Shown here one piece after another: positions 47,518-56,170 of a stretch of 64,000 nucleotides of DNA; the stretch's first letter is position 1, and each line of letters begins with the position of its first letter. The DNA lies in the sequence record NC_048792.1, one strand, 5' to 3'. The notes below the pieces were generated by a model, which worked only from the letters and a program-made list of their open reading frames with translations, did no database searches and was not told where the DNA came from. A program made the position numbers and the translations under genes.

Positions 47518-47943
47518 ATGACTCAGATATTAGAAGTTTTTACAGGAAGAATTCAGGATTGGAGAGAATGGCATAATAGCGACGTCCTCTTCTATGACAT
47601 TACTCTGAAATCTGGCGACAGAGTATTTGCACCATCGGCCGAACTGCTCTATCCGTATAAGCAAGGCTTAATTAACTCCAGGGAATATGGTGAGATTTAC
47701 TATCGACTATTACGACAACGCTACAGGAAAGACCCTGAGCCTTTCGAGTGGTTGATTAGACAGCGACGGATTGCATTAACCTGCTACTGCGGACATGGTA
47801 AGTTCTGCCATCGCCACTTGCTGAAAAGACCCCTTCGTAAACTATGTGAAAAAGAAGGGATACTCTTTATTGATCGCGGAGAACCACAATGGCAGTCACC
47901 ACTCGTCGACCCGGAGAACCGGGAACGGAGAAGCGGAAGGTAA
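47518..47943 (+). CDS. DUF488-like protein
   Basis: FAPSAELL..Y.. and LTCYCGHGKFCHRHLL motifs; RBS AGGAGG. Confidence 0.65.
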   Translation: MTQILEVFTGRIQDWREWHNSDVLFYDITLKSGDRVFAPSAELLYPYKQGLINSREYGEIYYRLLRQRYRKDPEPFEWLIRQRRIALTCYCGHGKFCHRHLLKRPLRKLCEKEGILFIDRGEPQWQSPLVDPENRERRSGR

Positions 47944-48455
47944 ATGAAGAACGTGAACGTTTGAAGGATACGATTAAAGTTAATCCTGTCCTGTTCATGG
48001 AACATTTGCGTATGTCGGAAACACTCAAACCTTTGTGTGAGTTATACGACACCAACGTAAGTCAACTGACCCATGTGGTACATGAGTTATTCATGCATAC
48101 ACCTCGGCAGATGATGGAACCTACCCGAAGACTCTGTCTGACCAATCGACGTATTACTGAAGGTGAGTACCGCGAGATCCCCAACTTGAAAACGGACAGT
48201 GAGTTTGGGCGTGCAGTAGAAGATCTGTTCCCTGGCTTTAAATATCTGGCAGGGAAAGCGGCAAAAAATAAAGATGAGATCTACGACGTATACGGTTATC
48301 GTAGCGATAACGTATTGTTCGTTGCACTGGAGCGCCCTGACTCTTCTTTATTGGGTACTTGTTATATATCGGCTTACGGGAAAGTCAAAGCTAAACAGAC
48401 CCGTCCTTTAAGCTTCCCTAAGAAAGCATTCGAAGACTTGTTTGGCATCTGTTAA
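47889..48455 (+). CDS. Hypothetical protein
   Basis: 188 aa ORF overlapping the upstream gene by 55 nt; start uncertain. Confidence 0.7.
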   Translation: MAVTTRRPGEPGTEKRKVNEERERLKDTIKVNPVLFMEHLRMSETLKPLCELYDTNVSQLTHVVHELFMHTPRQMMEPTRRLCLTNRRITEGEYREIPNLKTDSEFGRAVEDLFPGFKYLAGKAAKNKDEIYDVYGYRSDNVLFVALERPDSSLLGTCYISAYGKVKAKQTRPLSFPKKAFEDLFGIC

Positions 48456-48499
48456 TTCTATGAGCTGAACTAAAAGTTTTATTTCAATGGAGTTTACCC

Positions 48500-49066
48500 A
48501 TGTACGTTGAGTTATTCGGACGCCCTAAATTTGAGATCCTTGCTGATCTCATCACTGTACAGAACAACGTGACCCCAGCACTGAACGCCAGCTACCTGAC
48601 GTTTGGCGACGTTAAAGGCGCAACTGTTCCTGGTACTGAAGAACGCGTGAGCGTTCCTGTAACCGGTCGTAGCCCTTATAGCGGTCAACGTGTGTTCACG
48701 TATACCCGTATCGATCTGAACAAACTGCTGGGCGCCCAGGGCCCTTCCCTGATCCTGCCAGAGACAGCCAACACCGTAACGGATCTGCTGCCGCTGATTC
48801 AGACCAAATACAAAATCTACATCGATGAAGTTGACGTAGCTAACGCAACTGAACTTCTGCCGTTCATCCCGGAAGGCGAAACTGCGGTCGTCACTGTACA
48901 GACTAAAGCAGGTACGGATTACAACTCCCACGTCTGGAGCGGTAACCTGGACATCACCATCACCGGCGGCATGAAAATGCCACGCGGCGCAATCCTTACC
49001 GAATCTGGTAAAGCGATTACGACCGAGAACGATAAGTTCATCGTCACTGAACAAGGCGGTAATTAA
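48500..49066 (+). CDS. Virion/tail-associated protein, possible tailspike adaptor
   Basis: 188 aa. FTYTRIDL motif seen in jumbo-phage tail proteins; C-terminal ILTESGKAITTENDKFIVTE. Heads the tailspike array. Confidence 0.6.
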   Translation: MYVELFGRPKFEILADLITVQNNVTPALNASYLTFGDVKGATVPGTEERVSVPVTGRSPYSGQRVFTYTRIDLNKLLGAQGPSLILPETANTVTDLLPLIQTKYKIYIDEVDVANATELLPFIPEGETAVVTVQTKAGTDYNSHVWSGNLDITITGGMKMPRGAILTESGKAITTENDKFIVTEQGGN

Positions 49067-49077
49067 TCGCATAGTTG

Positions 49078-49106
49078 CTCTCCCGGACCTTCATGGTCTG
49101 GGGGAG
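49078..49106 (+). terminator. Hairpin
   Basis: CTCTCCCGGACC-TTCAT-GGTCTGGGGGAG (with G-U pairs), followed by TCTATGTTCATATG. Confidence 0.55.
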
Positions 49107-49171
49107 TCTATGTTCATATGTAATTCTTTCTTTTTTGACACGAAACCCCAGTCTCGACGCTAGAGGTATTA

Positions 49172-51388
49172 ATGGCTAACTCAAGCTTAGGCAATCGTAT
49201 TTCGGAACTCCCACGTTCTACGAGATCGATCAACGATGCCGACTTAACCCCGATTTCTCAAATCAAAACCAACAATCCGGAAACCGTAGCGGCAACCGTC
49301 GGTGACATTCGTGCCACCTTGGATTTTGATAATGCTTATAATTCCATCCCAGAAGGCCTGGCAGGGACTTTCCCTGAAGAGCGCTTCTATGTTTACACCG
49401 ATAACTCAAAACGCTTTGTAAACGGCTACATCAACAAAAACGGCGTATCTGAAGTTATCCTCGACAAATCAGGTCAACCTCGTCGCTGGGCTACCCCGCT
49501 CTATATGCTCGCTATCGGTGAGCAATCTATCACAGTAGCTTCTGTTGACCAGATGCGTATCATGGCTCCGCAAGTTGACGGCCAAGTCGTACGTATGCGT
49601 AACTTCCGCCAGGGTAACGTTCAGTACAAAAACGGTGGCGATTGGGTTTACGACGCTAACGACAAAACCACCAAAGACGACGGCGTGATGTGTGTTGTTA
49701 CCAACACCGGCGAACGTTTCAAGCGTGACATCTCTAGCGGCTCTATCGAAACCGATTGGTTCTTCGACCCGGTAATGGATATCGCAGACTATAGTCTGAC
49801 GCTGAACAAAGCCGCTGAGTGGGTGGAAGTAAAAGGTACTGAGTGGTGGCAGACCTGGTTACCAAGCACCCCAGCTTACATTACCATGGTAGGTCCTGGC
49901 GGTGTTCGTACCTGTAAGAAACCAGTATGGCTCCGTATGTGGGCCGTGAGCTGGGACTTCCGTGGTACTTTGCTGGACTTCACTGGAGGTGCTGTCGGTC
50001 AGACCAACGTCTCCGTAGTCTACGGTCACCGTAACTCTACACTGAGCAATCTGCGCATGTTATCCAGCGTAGCGTTGAAGCAGAAGGGTATCAACGTCTC
50101 AACGACTTCCGGTAACATTCACGGTCTGTCCGCAGCGTTCCTGAACTTCAACAACATCTCAATCAACCGTCACGACATTGCTTGGGATCTGGGCGATAAC
50201 TGCTACCTGAACAACTGGTTCCAGTGCACCACCCAAGGTTGTCGTCTGCCAATCAACGCGCCTAAGTCCGCAAACGCCGGTGAAACTCTGGTATGGACTA
50301 AGTGTATCTTCGGTGACGGTATTGGTCCTTACCTGAACACAGGTATGTCGATGACCTTCCACGGTTGTTCCTTTGACTACTCCGGTTACAAAACCGAAGC
50401 TGATCAATTGGCTAACGCCGAGAAAGAAGGTTTGTTCAATATCGATAACTGTACTGTCATCATGTATGGTTGCGGTAACGAATACGGTAACTTGAACAGT
50501 CGCTGGACTGGGCCGGTGTGGAGAGGTTCTGGTATTATCAAGCTTTACGAGTGCCAGTGGATTCTGACTCAATCGAGCACTGTTGAGCCAAAAGAAACTA
50601 CCCCGCACTTGGTCCACAACTACTACTTCGAAGATACCTCTGCCGACTTGTCGTCTAAGGTCTATCTGGAAGGGTTCTACGTCCCTAACCCGGACCTGAA
50701 CCGTTTCTCTGGTAGTTGGACTAATGGCTGCTTCATCAAAGTCACTGAGTCTTACCCAGGCCGTTATAAGGACATGTGGCGTAACTACACGTTGGGTAAG
50801 GGGGCTAACATGTTAATCTCCCCTAATCCTAACAACGTTGGTTATTTGACTATCAACCGTTCTCGTTGCGTTGGCGGCACTGTAATTTCTCCTACTGAGA
50901 CTTCACTGTTCAAAGTGTCTACTAACGGCAACAAGTTAGTAATCACCAGTTCGGATACTACCAAAGCACCTAAAACCTTAAGTTTCTACACTCATGGTAA
51001 AGCGGGTAACTGGTACGGCTCTCGATTAACGGTTACTGGTAATCGGGCAATGCCAGATGTACGTGTCGGTACGAACTGCTTCGGCGTAGTAGGTTACGTA
51101 GCTCAGGATAACAGCATCACTTCGTTGGGCGAGCAACGCCAGACCTGGACTAACTCGCTGCAGGGTATTACAACCACAGCACAATCTACTCCGGGTATGC
51201 GCATGACTCAGTTAGGCACTACTGAATATCTGCCGCTTTGTCCTCCAGGTACCGAATGGGTTCGTGTCTCTATTGAGATGACTAACTTTGGCATCTCAGC
51301 AGGAGAAGAACCTGCGGTATTGGAAATCACCGACTTCTACGCTTGTGAAGTAGGTATCTGTCGCGACACCAACCACCGCGTTTGGTAA
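49172..51388 (+). CDS. Tailspike/depolymerase 1
   Basis: 738 aa. Shared anchor (RISELP..DNAYNSIPEGLAGT..FYVY), KDDG module, and a beta-helix-like Asn/Cys ladder body. Confidence 0.8.
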   Translation: MANSSLGNRISELPRSTRSINDADLTPISQIKTNNPETVAATVGDIRATLDFDNAYNSIPEGLAGTFPEERFYVYTDNSKRFVNGYINKNGVSEVILDKSGQPRRWATPLYMLAIGEQSITVASVDQMRIMAPQVDGQVVRMRNFRQGNVQYKNGGDWVYDANDKTTKDDGVMCVVTNTGERFKRDISSGSIETDWFFDPVMDIADYSLTLNKAAEWVEVKGTEWWQTWLPSTPAYITMVGPGGVRTCKKPVWLRMWAVSWDFRGTLLDFTGGAVGQTNVSVVYGHRNSTLSNLRMLSSVALKQKGINVSTTSGNIHGLSAAFLNFNNISINRHDIAWDLGDNCYLNNWFQCTTQGCRLPINAPKSANAGETLVWTKCIFGDGIGPYLNTGMSMTFHGCSFDYSGYKTEADQLANAEKEGLFNIDNCTVIMYGCGNEYGNLNSRWTGPVWRGSGIIKLYECQWILTQSSTVEPKETTPHLVHNYYFEDTSADLSSKVYLEGFYVPNPDLNRFSGSWTNGCFIKVTESYPGRYKDMWRNYTLGKGANMLISPNPNNVGYLTINRSRCVGGTVISPTETSLFKVSTNGNKLVITSSDTTKAPKTLSFYTHGKAGNWYGSRLTVTGNRAMPDVRVGTNCFGVVGYVAQDNSITSLGEQRQTWTNSLQGITTTAQSTPGMRMTQLGTTEYLPLCPPGTEWVRVSIEMTNFGISAGEEPAVLEITDFYACEVGICRDTNHRVW

Positions 51389-51394
51389 AACAGA

Positions 51395-51435
51395 GGAGAG
51401 GGCTTCGGCCCTCTCCTTATATCGTTTCCTATGAA
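51395..51435 (+). promoter_or_regulatory. Hairpin plus TTCCTATGAA putative late promoter
   Basis: GGAGAGGGC-TTCG-GCCCTCTCC at 51395-51416; TTCCTATGAA at 51426-51435. Confidence 0.6.
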
Positions 51436-51464
51436 ATCTAAACAGACTTTGTAAGGTAAATAAA

Positions 51465-53885
51465 ATGGTTGATCAGGTTAAAATATCTGAGCTAGGTAAG
51501 GCTACCGTTGTACGGGAAAGTGATGCTATCCCGCTGAATAATACAACCACGCGAGGTTTGCCGATTACCAGACAGGCTGATATTACCAATATTCGTTCTG
51601 CAATATTGTTCAATGACGCATTCAACAGTATCGAAGAAGGATTAGATATTACTAATAACGGCGACTCTTTCTACGTCTATAACGATGCAGATAAGTTAAC
51701 AGTTGCTCGGTATTTGAAAATAAACGACGTCGCCAGTCCTGTTGTTGGTGAAGACGGGAAACAGATTATAGAGGGCACGGGTATCGCACTTAAGACTATA
51801 GGTGACCTAGGCGGCCCGTTTGGTTTCGGAGTTGTTGGACGAGTAGACTCCTACGATTCATTGCGTAATTTAGTACCTACTAAAGAGGGTCAGGTAGTTT
51901 ACCTCAACGGATTTCATTCCGGTAGCCATTTAGGCGGGGGTGCATTTATATCCTCGCTAACCTACTCAGTCGATGACGGTGGTACGGTCGCATCTGTCAG
52001 TAATGGTAATTACTCATGGAAACGTCTGTTAGGTAATGAAATAAACTTAGAGATGTTCGGCGCAGTCGGTGATGGCGTAAATGTAGATAATGACTCGATA
52101 GACAATGCTTTGGCGTTTTGTAAGCTCAACGGAAAAAGTGATAATAACATCATTGTTAAGTTGACTAGAAACTACAGGGTAAATAAGTCTTTTGAGTTGA
52201 CAAGCTTTACATCCATCATCGGTCCAGGGGAAATCTTTATTGACTCCCAAGACCTTACTCTGATATTATTCACCGGATCAGACTTAGAGTCACTTCTTAT
52301 TCAAGGGTTGATTATCAGCAGGGCTGTCGATAAACCGGCTACTATGTGGAGTAAGGGCGCAACTGCTATCCAGTTGACTCGGGTAAAAGACTTGACTATT
52401 CGGGACAACGATATCTCGTTACAAACCGACGCTATCTCGGTAAGTAACTCCGACCGAGTCCTGATTGAAAACAACAAAACGCACGAATTAGGCGAAGAAG
52501 GTATTGCCATCCGTAGCAGCCGTAACTTTATTGTCAGAGGTAACCACGTCTTCCACCATCACGGAGATGGGATTTTAATGAAGACGGGTAACATCGAGTG
52601 CCACGATGGTCAGATAGTAGATAACTTCGTTTATGATGGTCTGATCGATCCAGTTGCCGCTGTCGGTCAACGCGGCGGTGGTATAACTCTTAATGACGAA
52701 AATATTAACGGTGCCGGCGGATCTAGTACCACGATGGACGGATTAGTCGTTTCTCGTAATACCTGTCGTAATTTGAGCTATGGTATAGCGTTCAATAACT
52801 TAACCAGCGCGGTTATCCAAGGTAACATCATTACTGGCGTCACGCGATTCGGTTTAGTTATTGATACCACGCCATTCAATAACCCTGCACTTAACCCAGT
52901 ATTACGTTTCTCAGTAAGTGGCAACATCCTAAAGGATATTGGCGAGGTTGGTATCGGGTTCCGTTCAAACCGTGGCATTACGGTAGATTATGTTAGTGTA
53001 ACAGGTAACGTAATTGAGAATGCCGGCTACAAGACTAATGGCGATTTCCCATCGTTAGACATCGGTACCGGTACTGTAACTGGGAATACAGTAGTCAATG
53101 GTAGAGTAGCTATCATGGCCTCCGGGAACGCGTTAATTAACGCTAACCAATTTATCGGATCTCCGTTTACTTCCCCAGGCGCTAACTCGGTATGGATAAA
53201 ATTATCTGAATCGGTGACCTTCAGTAACAACTTAGTGAAGGATACCAATATGGGTCATATTCGGATGTCAGCAACTAAGAATATGATCTTCACTAACAAC
53301 AACATCGATACAGCGAGTACGTACGGTGTTCTGGCGTTCGTCACTTCCGGGCTACCTTACGGTCATTCCATGTTCCGAGATAATATTTATATTACCAAGG
53401 CCCCTTCGGTATGTAACTTTACCATCGGTGCTGACTCTATCAGGTCCTTAGGGTTGAGTAGGGCTGAGTTTGGTAACAACGACTACATGTACGACTCGAC
53501 TTTATCTTCCCTGGTTAACTACAAAAAGGGCGATCGCATTTCCTTAGTTGCCCCAGAGGGAGGAGCGAGTACTTACGTAGTTATCGATGAAACTGGTAAA
53601 AAGGCCGCTGTTGAGTTCACTCCGTATTACGTCAAGTCTAATACGTTTACTCAATCGGTACCGGCCAACGGGACTGCGGTGATCGTGGCACAAGATTCAA
53701 AAGTTAAAGGTACCTGGGCCGTCGGTAAAGTTTGGTGTTCGGTCAATCGTAATGGTGTAATGATTCAGTGCGATTGCACCAAGGATGGGGAAGTAACGAT
53801 TCGATTTGTTAACACGACTGCTGCTACAGTGACGTTGACTAACGCAGTTGTTACACTAGAATGTTTTGAGATGCCTAACATTTAA
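51465..53885 (+). CDS. Tailspike/depolymerase 2 (right-handed beta-helix)
   Basis: 806 aa. KISEL anchor, GGGAF..DDGG..WKR module, MFGAVGDG beta-helix start, many GN-x-repeat rungs, and a C-terminal beta-sandwich. Confidence 0.88.
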   Translation: MVDQVKISELGKATVVRESDAIPLNNTTTRGLPITRQADITNIRSAILFNDAFNSIEEGLDITNNGDSFYVYNDADKLTVARYLKINDVASPVVGEDGKQIIEGTGIALKTIGDLGGPFGFGVVGRVDSYDSLRNLVPTKEGQVVYLNGFHSGSHLGGGAFISSLTYSVDDGGTVASVSNGNYSWKRLLGNEINLEMFGAVGDGVNVDNDSIDNALAFCKLNGKSDNNIIVKLTRNYRVNKSFELTSFTSIIGPGEIFIDSQDLTLILFTGSDLESLLIQGLIISRAVDKPATMWSKGATAIQLTRVKDLTIRDNDISLQTDAISVSNSDRVLIENNKTHELGEEGIAIRSSRNFIVRGNHVFHHHGDGILMKTGNIECHDGQIVDNFVYDGLIDPVAAVGQRGGGITLNDENINGAGGSSTTMDGLVVSRNTCRNLSYGIAFNNLTSAVIQGNIITGVTRFGLVIDTTPFNNPALNPVLRFSVSGNILKDIGEVGIGFRSNRGITVDYVSVTGNVIENAGYKTNGDFPSLDIGTGTVTGNTVVNGRVAIMASGNALINANQFIGSPFTSPGANSVWIKLSESVTFSNNLVKDTNMGHIRMSATKNMIFTNNNIDTASTYGVLAFVTSGLPYGHSMFRDNIYITKAPSVCNFTIGADSIRSLGLSRAEFGNNDYMYDSTLSSLVNYKKGDRISLVAPEGGASTYVVIDETGKKAAVEFTPYYVKSNTFTQSVPANGTAVIVAQDSKVKGTWAVGKVWCSVNRNGVMIQCDCTKDGEVTIRFVNTTAATVTLTNAVVTLECFEMPNI

Positions 53886-53888
53886 CGA

Positions 53889-53923
53889 TCATACGGCCAG
53901 GGGTTTCCCTGGCCTATGTTTGT
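53889..53923 (+). repeat. 35-bp direct repeat, copy 1 (contains hairpin)
   Basis: TCATACGGCCAGGGGTTTCCCTGGCCTATGTTTGT, identical to 56096-56130. Confidence 0.95.
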
Positions 53924-53962
53924 CGTTCCTATGAAATAACTCAATTGGAAAAGGGCCATGAC

Positions 53963-56095
53963 ATGCCAGTCTCCCCAATGAAATTTACTAAGATCTCCGA
54001 CTTACCTAAAAAGGAAGTTATGGAGAACGATCAGTTTATCATCAATACCAACGACACTAAGTTGGATCAAACTAGCGTAGCTTCTCTCTACGATATTCGT
54101 GAGGGTGTCTACTTCAGTAACGCAGCTAACACTATCGCCGAAGGTTTAGCTTCCGTAGACGATAACGAGATGTTCTTTGTTTACGACACCGCGGCTAAGT
54201 TCTCCGTTCTTCAGTACATGAGAGTTCGTAACCAGGCATCGCCCGTCATTGGTTCCGATGGCAAACAACGCCGCTTCCCTACTTATCTTTCCATGCTGAA
54301 CGTAACTGCTATCTCTGAGACGTCCGGTTACGATATCATTGGTAAGGTTGACAATTTCTCCGCGCTGCGTTCTATCAAACCTACCTACACAGGCCAACGT
54401 GTTATCCTGGCTGGGTATTTCTCTGGTAGCTCTTTGGGATCCGGGGAATTTGTGGGGTACGCAGGGACAGCTAACGATGATGGCGGTACTACTGCCTCAG
54501 GTGATGGCTTTTATTGGAAGCGGAACAAGACTGCCTTTACGCTCGAAGATTTCGGTGGCGGTCAAGTAGACGATACTGAAGCAATGCGTGCATCTCAGAA
54601 AGCACAAGTAGGCCCTATTACCCTCTCCCCAGGTAAAACCTATTATTACTCATCCCCGGTAAAACATTATTCTAAAGCCGGCTGGATTGGTAACGGTGCT
54701 TCTATCGTATTCAGAGGGACAGGTAACCGAATTCCGTTTATCTCTTCTCCGACTACAGCCGCTGGCGTTGATAACGACCGCGCAAACGGAAGTACTGCCG
54801 TAACTGGAGCTATCTTTAAAGACCTGACTATTGACGTCAACTATGTCGATACTACGGGTGCATTAGGCTTTGAGTTTGGCGAGAACACGTTAGACAACTG
54901 GACGAATTGCGTCTTTACTAACGTGACATTCAAGAACGGTAAGTTCGATAACTTGGGGCTGCAGAATAACTCCACCGATAACCAGTTTATCCGCTGTACT
55001 TTCATTAACGCAGGTGAAGACTCGGTTACTGTACGCGGCGGTTGTCTCCGTAATGAGTTTGTTGAATGTGATGTTGTCAATAGCGCCCAGGTAGCTCACC
55101 GAGACGGAACCTTCTACGGAGACGGTATCGTCAACAAAGGTCGTGATACCTTGATCAAAAGCTGTCGCTTCATCAATATCGGTAATGGTAAGAAAGGCGC
55201 GGGTATTGCGAATAACGCTGAAGATACCAAGAACGCTGACGAAGCTAGTAACGGTACTTACCTCAACAACTATTTCATTAACTGTTATGGCGGTTTTGGT
55301 TTCGGTACGGTTAACCCAGACTTCATCGCAGCAGGTGATTTGATTAAAGGTATCAAGGCTATCGGAAACGTATTTGTAAATACGCTTCGCACCGTGATAG
55401 GTATTCGTGATCTTTACCAACCGGTTCTGTTGGATAACGTTATCCTTACCCAGACCACCGGTAACGTAACCACGATTGAGATTACCAACTGCACCAACTT
55501 CCAAATGACCGGTCGTGTTACAGATGCCGCTGGCTCCGCTATTACGATTACGTCTTCCTCGGGTAAAGTTGATTTGGTGGCGGATAATGTCTCCACGACC
55601 AAGACACTCAACGGGGTGGTTATTACCGACAGTAATCGGATTACGGGCAGTATCCGTTTGATCAATGCTCAACGCCGCGGCTGTACTTTCTCTAACTGTA
55701 ACAACATGGACTTAGACCTCTACGTTGAGTCGCCTGCACAGGACGCGCTGGAAGCAGTTGGCTGTCGTTACTCTAACTTAGATGTTAAGTTGGTGAACGT
55801 CCCTGAACACGGTATGACATTGAACGGCGTTGTTGAAAGTAATATCAAGTTCAACATCAATGATGCAGGAGTTAAAACTCCATCTGCATTTTATCCGATC
55901 CGGTTACTGGGTGTACGTAACAGTATCCTCAGCGGGGTATCGTCTTCGGCTAATGCGAATAAACCACTTTACGATATTACATCCGATGCTAATAACGTAA
56001 ACGTATTAATCGCCAATAGTCGTCTTGGAGCGGGTACTACGGGTAAAGTACAGGTTGGTCAAGGGTCTACTATTACCCAGAACAATATCATCTAG
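53963..56095 (+). CDS. Tailspike/depolymerase 3 (beta-helix)
   Basis: ORF 53945-56095; ATG at 53963 has RBS AAGGG. KISDLP anchor, GSGEF..DDGG..YWKR, EDFGG, beta-helix repeats. Confidence 0.88.
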   Translation: MPVSPMKFTKISDLPKKEVMENDQFIINTNDTKLDQTSVASLYDIREGVYFSNAANTIAEGLASVDDNEMFFVYDTAAKFSVLQYMRVRNQASPVIGSDGKQRRFPTYLSMLNVTAISETSGYDIIGKVDNFSALRSIKPTYTGQRVILAGYFSGSSLGSGEFVGYAGTANDDGGTTASGDGFYWKRNKTAFTLEDFGGGQVDDTEAMRASQKAQVGPITLSPGKTYYYSSPVKHYSKAGWIGNGASIVFRGTGNRIPFISSPTTAAGVDNDRANGSTAVTGAIFKDLTIDVNYVDTTGALGFEFGENTLDNWTNCVFTNVTFKNGKFDNLGLQNNSTDNQFIRCTFINAGEDSVTVRGGCLRNEFVECDVVNSAQVAHRDGTFYGDGIVNKGRDTLIKSCRFINIGNGKKGAGIANNAEDTKNADEASNGTYLNNYFINCYGGFGFGTVNPDFIAAGDLIKGIKAIGNVFVNTLRTVIGIRDLYQPVLLDNVILTQTTGNVTTIEITNCTNFQMTGRVTDAAGSAITITSSSGKVDLVADNVSTTKTLNGVVITDSNRITGSIRLINAQRRGCTFSNCNNMDLDLYVESPAQDALEAVGCRYSNLDVKLVNVPEHGMTLNGVVESNIKFNINDAGVKTPSAFYPIRLLGVRNSILSGVSSSANANKPLYDITSDANNVNVLIANSRLGAGTTGKVQVGQGSTITQNNII

Positions 56096-56130
56096 TCATA
56101 CGGCCAGGGGTTTCCCTGGCCTATGTTTGT
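56096..56130 (+). repeat. 35-bp direct repeat, copy 2
   Basis: Identical to 53889-53923; begins immediately after the TSP3 stop codon. Confidence 0.95.
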
Positions 56131-56170
56131 TCATATGACAGTTTCCTAAAACAATCAGGATAAGTATACA

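Noticed and set aside
54890-55672. 260-aa minus-strand ORF
   Set aside because: Antisense to tailspike 3.
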